NCBI GenBank assembly: GCA_000004985.1
Contig: GG738868.1
Strand: one strand, 5' to 3'
From: Naegleria gruberi
Taxonomy: Eukaryota
DNA: 64,000 bases
The notes under the pieces were generated by a model that ran no database searches, had not been told where the DNA came from, and was given only the letters and a program-made list of their open reading frames with translations. Positions 22,159 to 32,452 of this stretch are shown here, piece after piece (the stretch's first letter is position 1; every line of letters begins with the position of its first letter). The position numbers and the translations under genes were made by a program.

Positions 22159-24196
22159 TTACTTTAAGAAAAATCTTACGTCTCTATCCTTGTCATTATC
22201 TAAAGTTTGTCTAATTGTAACAAAGATTGGAGTTTCTCTAAGTTGTTCATTTGGAAGAATAGCTCTCCTCATAACTTTAGCTAAATTCAATCTGACATTA
22301 GGTATGACATCTTTTGATAATTTTTCTAATTCAGGAGCAAATTCTGACAAAAACAAATTAATATCAATTTCTTGAACCAAATATTCACAAGCAAAAACAA
22401 AGATTAATCTTCTGTGGAATTCACCAGAAGCCAATTCATGAAGGAAACCTGTCAACTCATTTTGACCTTCCTTGCTTTCCTCATCACATAATCTCTTCAT
22501 AATTTTACCACACTAAAATGTTTGAGTAAATTTGTTTGTAAATTAGTTTGTTACTTACAGAAACAATAGAATTCTTTCGGACTACGGCAAAATCATCAGT
22601 GTACAAATCAAAAATAACATTGAGTATAGTATTCTTAACAGTCTCAGGTGAAACTAATTCAGCCAACAAGCCCAATTGTTTGGAAATTTCGCTCTTAATT
22701 CTCCAGTTATCAGTTTGCTCTGGAATGGAACAAATTGTTGATAAATACTTTTGCTTAGTTTCTTCAGAGAAGTGTTTGAAAAGGATTGATAAATTGGCAA
22801 TAACACCAATCTTGACTTCATCTAAATCTTTCAAAAAGAGTTCTAAAGCGTTAGCTAAACAAGTTTCTGTAACTTCCTGAGAAACAAGTTGTGCAACTTC
22901 GTGTAATGAACAAGCCAATGATCTTCTAACCTTCCATTGAACATCCTTAACCAAATGATTGTAGGCATTTTCAACTTGTGACCATTTAGTCTTTCCTATG
23001 ATTTGGGCAACAGCTGGGAAGTTATAAGCACAGTATTCTACCATATCAGTTTCATTTTGATCATTTTGGAATGCCATTTCAGAAAAGTATTGAATAAGTG
23101 TTTCAGGGATAGATGAAGGAACTTCAGGAGTATCAGGTTCAAAAGTAGCAATGAAAGCACCTAATTGCTTATATGCTTCCATTTTAACCCATCTGGAAAC
23201 ATCATCAGCAAATCTTTCAAAAAGTTCAACCAAAGTATTCAATCTAGTTTCTCTATCAACACACTTAGAAATTTCTGGAAGAGATTCAGCACAAGCCTTT
23301 CTAACACCCCATATTTCATCCTTACTTAAAACAAGATAGACTGGAAGTATTTTGGTTACTGTCAATTCTGGTCCAATTTGTTGACAAATTAAACTTAATG
23401 ATTGTGATACAGTTTTTCTAACCAAAAGTGATGGATCATCACTGAGGGAAATAATTTCTTGAACAACAACTTCCTTTACAAGATCAGGTCCAAATTGTGG
23501 TGCCAATTCGTTAAATAATCTAGCTGCTGCAATACGATACTCCTCAACTCTATCATCATGGGCCAAATTTACTATTACGGACAGCAATTGTGGCTCGATG
23601 TGATTTTGTTTTATCAATTTTGAAATTTTTACCAAGGCCTCAGTAGCACTATTTCCAACTTCAGTATTCTTATCAATGATCAATTCAAAAGTATATGGTA
23701 TAAATGTATTGATAAGTTCATTGTATCCTTCCTCTCCTCCATTTTCCAAAAAGAATGTTGCTAATGGATAGAGTTTTTCAGCGAATACTTGTCTGACTAC
23801 AGGTTCTGTGTCTGAAACGAAGTTTTGAAGAAGAGGTAATAAACGTTTCACACTTTCCTTGTACCCTGCTTCAATTGCTGTATCATGAACATCCCTAAGG
23901 AGTACAAGTCTGTTGTATAAATAATAATGATATAATTTGATGATGATGATGATGAAAATAACGTTATTTGTTATACAAATTAATTAGAATTGTATAACAA
24001 TAACAAAATACAAACCTCTGCAGAGAAAAATCAGAATTATAATACTTTTCCAGACGCGAAAGGCTGTCCAAAGTATCATCTATTGTGTATTCATTAAAAA
24101 TAAAATCGTCCTCTATTTAAAAAGTATATTAGTTTTTTGTTCTTCTTTATAAAAGAAAAACTAACCATCAAAAGAATCATCTCCGTTTTCATACAT
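22159..24196 (-). CDS. HEAT-repeat protein-phosphatase regulatory subunit, PP4R1-like (PP2A-A/PR65 family) (exons 24166..24196, 24016..24112, 22559..23909, 22159..22512)
   Basis: Four exons with GTTAGT/GTTTGT/GTAAGT donors and closing phases. The protein MYENGDDSFD-E-DDFIFNEYTIDDTLDSLSRLEKYYNSDFSLQ-R-LVLLRDVHDTAIE... aligns along its length with PP4R1 (LGRLDKY..., WKVRRSLACSLHEV, LKDLDEVKIGV, IPNVRLNLAKVMRR, DKDRDVRFF). Confidence 0.7.
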
Positions 24197-24603
24197 CTTC
24201 GCGTCTTGTTATTCTTCCAAGTTGTAGGATAAAAATTTTTGAAGATTATTTTTTTTGTTCGTCTAAAAGCGTTATTCTCTTCAATGAGGGCGCCAAGTCA
24301 AAACTTTTGTAAGCCAAAATAATGGCTATTATTATTGTGAATATCTAACTATTTAATTATTATTGCAAATTATAATAATTTAATTTATTAATGTAATTGT
24401 TGTTATTCGAAAAATCAGCACTGCTGGGTGGAAGAAGTAACAAGTTGTTCGTAATGATGAAGAAACATCATCACCCATTTACAGCACGCGTTGATTCCTT
24501 TCAAGTTAATCGTACATCATCACAATTGAGTAATTAAGTATCAAGTTTCATCATAATACGCAGCTTGTCTCTCTATTCAGAAAATGGTATTTCAAAGTTT
24601 AGT

Positions 24604-25350
24604 TCAATAATCATAACATGATTGTTTCTTCTTTTGACCTTTCATTAGACTTTGAATGAAAATTGAGCTTTCAATTAGTTTATATTCCCATCTTTTGGAT
24701 TTTGATAATGCTTCATGAGATAGTTTCATAACATATTTGCAAAGTATTTTGAATCCAGTAAGGTTTTTTCTACTTTGTTTTGGAGAAACCTCACATAAAT
24801 TCACAACTACGTAATTGTGATTATGTTCACTAACACAAATTAAATCTCTATGCCTAATTATTTCATCAATAAATTCAGGTTTTTCTCCATACTTTACAGT
24901 AAAATTGATTGATTTTTTTTCTTTGGATTGAGTAAGGGGAATGTATTTCAGTAACGAAACGTCATTTTCTAAATACATTGATTTGACAGTTACTCTTGAA
25001 TCAAAATTTCTAATAATTAGTAAATTTGTCTTGAGCTTTTTATCATAGTAGGCTTTCTTAAAAAACTGCTCTGAAATACTTGTGTCAATACTATTACGAT
25101 CAAAAAACTCATCAACACCAATCTTACTATTCTTTCCACTAACTGAAATACATTTATAACACATAAATCTCCAAATATCGTTTCTGATTGCTACATTATA
25201 CCATTGCTTGCAAACTTGACCAACTCGGAGTGATAATTCTTCTGGTGAAAGGAAGAAGAATATTTGCATCAAGGATAGATCATCCAATAAGAGTCGTCTA
25301 ATCATTTTTTTTATCAGTTGTATTTTAATATTTAATGGTGAACTTGCCAA
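24604..25350 (-). CDS. F-box domain protein
   Basis: 248-aa ORF. N-terminal F-box LLLDDLSLMQIFFFLSPEELSLRVGQVCKQWYNVAIRNDIWR. The remainder is unassigned. Confidence 0.5.
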   Translation of the reverse strand: MASSPLNIKIQLIKKMIRRLLLDDLSLMQIFFFLSPEELSLRVGQVCKQWYNVAIRNDIWRFMCYKCISVSGKNSKIGVDEFFDRNSIDTSISEQFFKKAYYDKKLKTNLLIIRNFDSRVTVKSMYLENDVSLLKYIPLTQSKEKKSINFTVKYGEKPEFIDEIIRHRDLICVSEHNHNYVVVNLCEVSPKQSRKNLTGFKILCKYVMKLSHEALSKSKRWEYKLIESSIFIQSLMKGQKKKQSCYDY

Positions 25351-25986
25351 ATCACCAGATTTGAAATAGATTACAATTGTTAATAATTATTAATGATTAT
25401 GAACATTTCAATAAAAACAAGAATTATAATGTTGTCTTTGACTTTTATATTAATATGGAAGGAATTTTTGCAAATTTGGAAATTTTTTAATAAGGGATTT
25501 TACAAGCATAAAATGTGTTTGGCGCCAATTTCACAACCAATCATCATGATATTTCAATGTTTAATGAATAATAAGAGGAAAATGAGCCCTGATGTTGATG
25601 AATTCTCTCAAAATAAGCTGTCCTCACATTGAATAATTTCCTTGATCTTGTTGGCGCTCAAGTTACAATTTATTCAAAATGAAATTGTTTACGATTATTG
25701 TTTGGCTGCCTTATATCTCCCTCAAACACAATTAAAAAATATTCAACAACGTTTAACCGATACATCAACCGAACAACCGACAAGGCCTTAGATCTACAAC
25801 TACTGCTTTACCTCATCATCATTATCAATAATTTAATATTGTAAAGGCACAATAATAGTAGAATTTCTCTCATATTTAATTGTAGATTATCAACTTAATT
25901 TGTTTGGAATTATCTTATCTTTATTTCCATCAAGTTTTAGGTTTAATAGTAAATAGTATCCAAACAAACACTCTCTTCCGAATAAT

Positions 25987-27438
25987 ATGAACACTACCAA
26001 TTTTTCTTACATCCTCCAAGACCAAAATCAACAGGGGCATACTAGCATAACATTAAATAATGATGTTAGCTACTTGAATCCCTCCACTTTTTCTTCAATG
26101 TTCAATCAGCAAGATTCCTTACAAAACATCCAAACAGAATGCGTCATTAGTAATGGTATTCATGTACAAACATCAAATATGCAAAGGCATAATAACAATA
26201 ACAATAATAATCAAAGAAGCATGAATACAAACGAACAGATTAACAATTCAATACAGGATAACCAATATTTTGGGTTACCTAATAATCAATTTATTGATTA
26301 TTGCTCTAATAAGAATGAGCCATTCTTTATGGCTAAAATACCTACTGCTTACTATGAAAAGTTGACATTCTTTTTCAAACAAATTAACTCTCCTTCCTCA
26401 GAAAACACAAATGCCCTCAAAGTTCCAAAACAAAGTGATGACCTCTCTGATGATTCATCAAATGATAAACGAAGTAATAAGGGTGACTCTGTAATCAAAG
26501 GTTCATGGAGTGAAATTGAGGATGAGAAGCTGTTACAACTTGTAAAGAAGCATGGTCCAAAGAGATGGTCATTTATTGCTTCACATTTAGAAGGAAGAGT
26601 AGGTAAACAATGTAGAGAAAGATACCTCAATCACCTGGATCCAAAGATTAAGAAGAATGCTTGGACAGAAGAGGAAGATTCAATTATTATTGAAATGCAT
26701 GAAAAACATGGAAATCAATGGGCTAAAATCAGTAAATTCCTTGAAGGAAGAACAGCCAATGCCATTAAAAACCATTGGAATTCAACATTGTCCAAAAGAT
26801 TGGATAAAAAGAAGGGTGAAGAACAAGGAGACAAACAACTCTTAGAACAAACACAAATACAAATGCCTCAACAATCAATACCTGTCCAACAAATGGTCTA
26901 TTCATCTGTAGACACTTCGATGTTAAAAGAAGGATTGAGAACAGACTATGCAGACCAAATCCCACTTTCTTGTAAATCAGACTTTGCAGACTTTTTCACT
27001 CCAACCCCACAAGCTGCTGAGAACACAAATAAGAGAACATTCCCTTCAGGAACCATCGAGTCACTGAGTAAAAAGATCAAAACAGAGGAGTTACAATTAG
27101 AGACTGAAGAAACTCTCAATTCATTCGATAGTGGAAAGGAAAAATTCAAAAAGCTGAGACTCAATCTTATAGAGAAGAGTGACGATGTAAATAGTAGCTC
27201 AACAGTGATATGTCACGATTCAGGAACTCCTGGTATATCTGGTGTTTCAGTAATAACAGAACACATGTTACCTTCTGGATTTACACCAAAAGGTTTTGAT
27301 CCCTCTCCGAGTGGTTTGTCTTTATTCTCTCCATCCAATTTTAATGATGGTGCCACTCCTTCCTCAACATCCTTAGGTAATATTTGGATGGATACAGATG
27401 GGTTTTTCTCCTCCCCTAAGAGTACTAAGAATGTTTGA
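25987..27438 (+). CDS. Myb-family transcription factor with tandem SANT/Myb repeats (R2R3-type)
   Basis: 483-aa ORF with an N/Q-rich N-terminus. It has two canonical Myb repeats, WSEIEDEKLLQLVKKHGPKRWSFIASHLEGRVGKQCRERYLNHLDP and WTEEEDSIIIEMHEKHGNQWAKISKFLEGRTANAIKNHWNSTL. Confidence 0.8.
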   Translation: MNTTNFSYILQDQNQQGHTSITLNNDVSYLNPSTFSSMFNQQDSLQNIQTECVISNGIHVQTSNMQRHNNNNNNNQRSMNTNEQINNSIQDNQYFGLPNNQFIDYCSNKNEPFFMAKIPTAYYEKLTFFFKQINSPSSENTNALKVPKQSDDLSDDSSNDKRSNKGDSVIKGSWSEIEDEKLLQLVKKHGPKRWSFIASHLEGRVGKQCRERYLNHLDPKIKKNAWTEEEDSIIIEMHEKHGNQWAKISKFLEGRTANAIKNHWNSTLSKRLDKKKGEEQGDKQLLEQTQIQMPQQSIPVQQMVYSSVDTSMLKEGLRTDYADQIPLSCKSDFADFFTPTPQAAENTNKRTFPSGTIESLSKKIKTEELQLETEETLNSFDSGKEKFKKLRLNLIEKSDDVNSSSTVICHDSGTPGISGVSVITEHMLPSGFTPKGFDPSPSGLSLFSPSNFNDGATPSSTSLGNIWMDTDGFFSSPKSTKNV

Positions 27439-27642
27439 ATAAATACATATATTTAAACATTTACTGATGTAATATTTATTGAAGCTTTACTTTAGGTTTC
27501 TTGTCTGAAGTTGTTTTTAACTTTCCTTCCCTTGCTTCCACCATCTCACATCCATAACGCTCTAAAAAATTTTCATTGTAAAACAACAAATAACTGGTTG
27601 TTCTTTAAAAAATTTGTTGAAAAAAAAACTCGCAAATCCAAA

Positions 27643-28098
27643 ATGCCACCAAAGTCCAAGGAGAGAAAGCAAAAGGTTGAACAAGTTTACTACGGTCCAA
27701 GAAAGGGTGAAAACGAACTTGTCTTCGGTGTTGCTCATCTTTATGCTTCATTCAATAACACTTTCGTTCACGTCACTGACTTGTCTGGTCAAGAAACTAT
27801 TGTCAAGGTTACCGGTGGTATGAAGGTCAAGGCTGACAGAGATGAAGCTTCTCCATACGCTGCTATGCTTGCCGCTCAAGACGTTGTCGTCAGATGTAAG
27901 GAATTGGGTATCAATGCTCTCCACATTAAACTCCGTGCTACTGGTGGTGTCCTCACTAAGACTCCTGGTCCAGGTGCTCAATCAGCTTTGAGAGCTTTAG
28001 CTCGTGCTGGTATCAAGATTGGTAGAATTGAAGATGTCACTCCAATTCCTCACGACTCTACTAGAAGAAAGGGTGGTAGACGTGGTCGTAGATTGTAA
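27643..28098 (+). CDS. RPS14: 40S ribosomal protein S14 (uS11)
   Basis: 151-aa intronless [56 protein letters not shown]...[24 protein letters not shown], near-identical to eukaryotic RPS14. The listed 27511 start is an upstream non-ATG extension. C-ending codon bias is consistent with high expression. Confidence 0.9.
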   Translation: MPPKSKERKQKVEQVYYGPRKGENELVFGVAHLYASFNNTFVHVTDLSGQETIVKVTGGMKVKADRDEASPYAAMLAAQDVVVRCKELGINALHIKLRATGGVLTKTPGPGAQSALRALARAGIKIGRIEDVTPIPHDSTRRKGGRRGRRL

Positions 28099-28492
28099 AT
28101 GGTCTATTTTCATTTTCTCTCAATAAAAAAAATAAATAAATTCTAAAATATTAAATTGTTCTTGTCGTGGATTTTTGGTTCGGTAGATAGGATAACTAGT
28201 AAAATTTACAATATTGAAATTGTTTAATTATTGATCGAATTAATCCTCAATCCTTCTTTAAATTTTTAAGATCAAAATGAGTTTTTAAAGGAAAATTGTT
28301 TTGTTGTTTATTGTTTTGTGATTTGTACAAGGAGGGCCGGCAAAATTGTTTGTTGATTAGAAAAGTGTTTTGAAAATGTATGAATAAACTCTTAGGTTTG
28401 ATGAACTGTCACTCTCTCAGTTAACATCGTATTCTTAGTCGTGTCACACTATACACTTTAAAATTGTGGTAATTGATGATTGAATTGTTCAA

Positions 28493-29696
28493 TTATTGTA
28501 ATTGTTCACAAATCGAAGCCAAAACATCAATAGCAGACTTTGATTCGATTGGTTGATGGAAATAGAAAACACCAGGTTGTTGCCCAGTCATTGGAGAAAA
28601 GGCAAGAGAATAATCAACATCTTCTGTTTCTGAAGTTGTTGGTGAGGATGTTTCAGTTGTATAACCATCAATCTTTGAATAAATTCTAGCCATTGATCCA
28701 GCTACTTTTGGAGACAAGTTTTGCATATTGATTGGGGATGGTGGTTGATTCTTTAGCCTCTTTTTGAATGGCATGGAAGGGGAGTTAGTTGATTGATTTG
28801 GTGATGGAATACTTGTTGTTGGGGATTGAGGAGTTGCGTTGGATGAAATAACTGGAATCTTTTCACTTGGGAAATGTTCAACTACTCTTCTCTTTGGAGT
28901 TGATTCAGTTGTTGATGGACTTGTCACAATTTCTTCTTCTTCTTCATCTGAAGATTGTTTGGACTTCTTTGTCTTTTTACGTTTGTTATTAACTGTACGG
29001 TTTGGATTTTCTTGACATTCGCAACAAGTATAACTACCAGATTCATTATGTGGGTTTTTCATGCACTTTTTATGGATCCATTGATTGCAGTTAGTGCAAA
29101 TGAGCCAGAATTGCTTTTCATTTCTCATATCACTTTCTTTGAAAATTTCTAAACATTCTTTACAATAGTGACCTTTTCTATAATGAAGACCACACTTGTT
29201 ACATAAGAAAACTGTCTTGGCTTTAAAGTTATTCTTTGGACTTGCTTCTTCAATACACCAGCCCTATTATTACATTACTGTAAATGAAAATATTGAAATT
29301 ATTACTTACTTTTCTCCAGAGTGGTGTTTTGGTGGTACCACATTTAAAGTTTGCACATTGCTTAACATTTCCATTGACACTTTGATGAGCGTGGGTAATT
29401 GCTGCTGATGCCTTTTCTTCGTGATGATGTTGAGAAGTTGTTTGAATGAGAACACTATTAGCAGTTGGTACGGGAAGAAGTGGATGTGGATTGATTGTGA
29501 GAGGATTTGGTATTGTAGGAGTAAGAATTGGATTCAATGTTGAGGAGGATTTAATATTGACCAATGAAGGTTGAAGATTAGGTTGCAATGAAAGAGGAGG
29601 AGCAACAACGTTCATCACTGGTGTCATCTTTGGGAATGAATAAGAGAGACCATGAAAACAATCAGGTGGTGGTGGTGGTAATGCACTACTAGACAT
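28493..29696 (-). CDS. Zinc-finger protein with a GATA-type finger signature followed by a PHD-type C4HC3 finger (exons 29310..29696 and 28493..29263; 46-nt intron)
   Basis: Exon 1 ends ...CANFKCGTTKTPLWRK before GTAAGT. Exon 2 supplies ...VFLCNKCGLHYRKGH (GATA second half), then YCKECLEIFKESDMRNEKQFWLICTNCNQWIHKKCMKNPHNESGSYTCCECQ (C4HC3 spacing). The exact acceptor within the GATA loop is uncertain: three in-phase AGs give loop lengths of 14, 20 or 30 residues. The first Cys pair has an atypical C-x4-C spacing. Confidence 0.5.
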
Positions 29697-31952
29697 TGTA
29701 GATAACTATTTGAGAGACGACGAAGGGAATGCGCGGGTATTTAATATTACTAGTTATTTGAAGGTAATCAGTTTTTTGATTCAAAATCTGATTTGGCGGT
29801 TTGATTGTTTTTTTTGTCTTCAATTTTATGTTGCACGATGGAGTGGCTCGTTTTGAAGTGAGCGGCAATCTTTCCCACGATCAATCAGTCTGATTCAGTT
29901 TTTCTCTTCGGGCTGATTGTTTGCATGCTTGGTCATAAAGAAATGCTGCTGATCGCATAGAGCTTGAATATCGACGGGAATGGATTCTTTAATTTACAAT
30001 TCTGAATACATCAATGCTACCAAAAGAGTTAGGGAATGTTGAGTGATGGGTCGAAAAAAGCATGTGTTGGCGCAATAAAACCAAATCCTACAGATATTGT
30101 CACAGTTTAATTGTGCTAATTGCCTGCATTATGTAGGAATAATATAATATACTCATTTCCTTTGTGGAGATTGACAATAATTGAAGTGGCCCATTCAAAG
30201 GCATTTTGCATAATCCGAAACGATGTGGGTTACTTGTTGGAGTTTGAATGACTATATTATTCTATACACGTTAGATATTTGATTTTACAATGAGGAGAAG
30301 ATCATCTACAGTGATTGAACATCTAAACCCAAAGATTTATCAGATCTATTGTGAAACAAACATGTCACCCACTACCCATCATCCACTATCTATTCATTGT
30401 ATCAGTTATTTCATCATCTACAGCGTTATCATTTCATTTACACTGTAGTGTTATCATTTCATTTACCAACTGCAGATATTTGCTCATTAAATTAATTGAA
30501 GTGAAGCCGAATCAAATAATATCGGTGTTATGCGTTAATTTGCAGACCACTCTTTCCTTATCTCGAAAAAATACCGTACGCAAACGGGACTTCGCAAGGT
30601 TTTTGAAAAAGGAGCAAAAATTCTCCTTCAACACATTTGAATACTACAACTTACAAAGAAGGTTTGTTAAAGTTATACAATCATCTCTGACAATATGATA
30701 TATTGTTTCTTTTGGATGTTTCATTTGCCTTCTATTTTTATAATGTAAGAGATTGAGTTTGTTTTGTATCAAAATGCAATAATTAGAGGTTTAGTCTCGA
30801 TTAATACAAAAATAGTCTTTTTATTACAGTTTTGCATAACAAGATTGATTTCAATTTATTTGGATCTGCTTCAACACATTTGAATCAATTAAGGATGTTT
30901 GATCAATTTATACAAAAAAAATCTCATTTAAAAATTCCCAAAATTACCTGGAAAGAGCCCTTAAATGGTGTATTGTAAATTGTATACAATGTTGATCTAA
31001 CAAACTCAGTGATCTAACTCAGTGTATTAATTTATTCTGCATCTCAACTCCAACAATTACAGTGATTTAAAATGCAATTTGAATGAATCTCTTCTGCTAA
31101 TTAAAATATGAATTTCTTATCTACTGATTGAAAGAAATTGTCAATTTGTGTATTGGTAGGGATGTTCAACATTTCCAATTCAAAACAAATACCAATCTAC
31201 GTTATTAGGGAAAATATTAAGTTTAATTCTTCAAATTATTCAAGATGGTTTATGGACGTCAGTAAAGATTATTCCAAAGTTGTCATCTGTTTCCAATTCA
31301 TGATTCTTGTTTCATTGGAAGTTAGCTTCAAAGCACATCAAGAAGCAAACCATTTTCGTTATGCATGTTCTAAGCCAACTATATCTCAAAACCTTCCATT
31401 AAATTAAGATATCACACCATACCAAACAGGAACCATTTCGAAATTAATCCATTTATACAATGTTGAAATTATTGGTTTTGGAGGATACAGATTAGAGAGT
31501 CTTTGGTATTGGATCACATTTTCTCTTGGTTTCATCTCTGATGGGGGAGCTGTTTTGCTGCCACCATTATTTTGTTTACATTTTCAATAAGCCAACAGAT
31601 TGACTGCAATTTAAGTCAACTTTCACCTTTCCAAATCACAATAAAAAAACATGAGAAAACCACCTAGGATTGAAAAATCGGAATGTTTCTGTCATCACTC
31701 CTTTTTATGCAATGGTTAGAGAAAAGCAGTACAATAATTGATGAACAGGTATTTGATAAATTTAATTGTTAAGAGATTTGCATCATGTCCCATCAATTTC
31801 TTCATCACTTAGCGTGAGGATTCAACAACACCTCTTTATTTCCCGCCAAGATTTTAGTACAACTTTTTATTCTAAATATCATTAAATTGAAAAAAATCCA
31901 TCACTGACTGCAATAGCATTAGTTTCAAATATATATTGAGCAGCTATTTTGT

Positions 31953-32378
31953 ATGGAAAATAATATCCTTGATCCACAGAGAATAAGTGTAAATACTGAA
32001 AGGGTTGAAATTGTTATTCCCGAAAATATGTCGTCCCCAAGAGTTGAGTATCAACAACAACCACAACAAGATGTTTACATTACAACTACTACTACAACTG
32101 AGCAGATATTTCAACAATTACCAGGTCAGGATGTAATGTTAAATCATTTTGTAAATTTGGAGGAAAATATCAAGATGGAGAATGACAAGAAGGGAGATTC
32201 GAATAAGAAGAAAAAGAAAGATAGTGGAAGTGATAAATCAGATAGTGAAAATAGCAGTAATGTAGATCCAGCCCTGAAAAAATTAAAAAAGAAGAAAAAA
32301 CTCAAAAAGAAGGCAGTTAAATGCTTTGGTAAGGCTGTTGATTTTTTGGATTCAGTTGGAGAAAGTGTTGATGGGCCA
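31953..32378 (+). CDS. Possible 5' exon of the large membrane glycoprotein gene (acidic/Q-rich then poly-Lys; alternatively an independent small ORF)
   Basis: The 142-codon ORF ends ...VDGP directly before GTAAGT. A 44-nt intron (GTAAGT...CCTGTTAG, 32379..32422) would join in phase 0 to GLRKKTFIGA immediately upstream of the MATTVMRIVVV ATG. Confidence 0.35.
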
Positions 32379-32452
32379 GTAAGTTTAATCTTATGAGTAT
32401 TTTTCATTATGACACCTGTTAGGGATTAAGAAAGAAGACATTTATTGGAGCT

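Noticed and set aside
27511-27642. 5' extension of the RPS14 ORF (and similar non-ATG starts such as 19928, 6402, 15838, 58121)
   Set aside because: The ORF track uses alternative start codons (TTG/GTG/CTG). The genuine ATG is at 27643. The extension ([11 protein letters not shown]...) is AT-rich promoter/5' UTR sequence.
30940-30975. U1 snRNA-like 5' end (ATTACCTGG) and other snRNA/7SL motifs searched for in the gene-free interval
   Set aside because: Only a partial 9-mer match, with no Sm site or downstream stem-loops. U2, U4, U5, U6 and SRP signature sequences were not found.
30351-31407. ORFs 30351..30698 and 31138..31407 inside the 2.2-kb island
   Set aside because: Composition and codon usage do not look coding: hydrophobic or low-complexity, with no ATG context and no similarity to anything recognised. 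They were treated as non-coding and the island reported as a finding instead.
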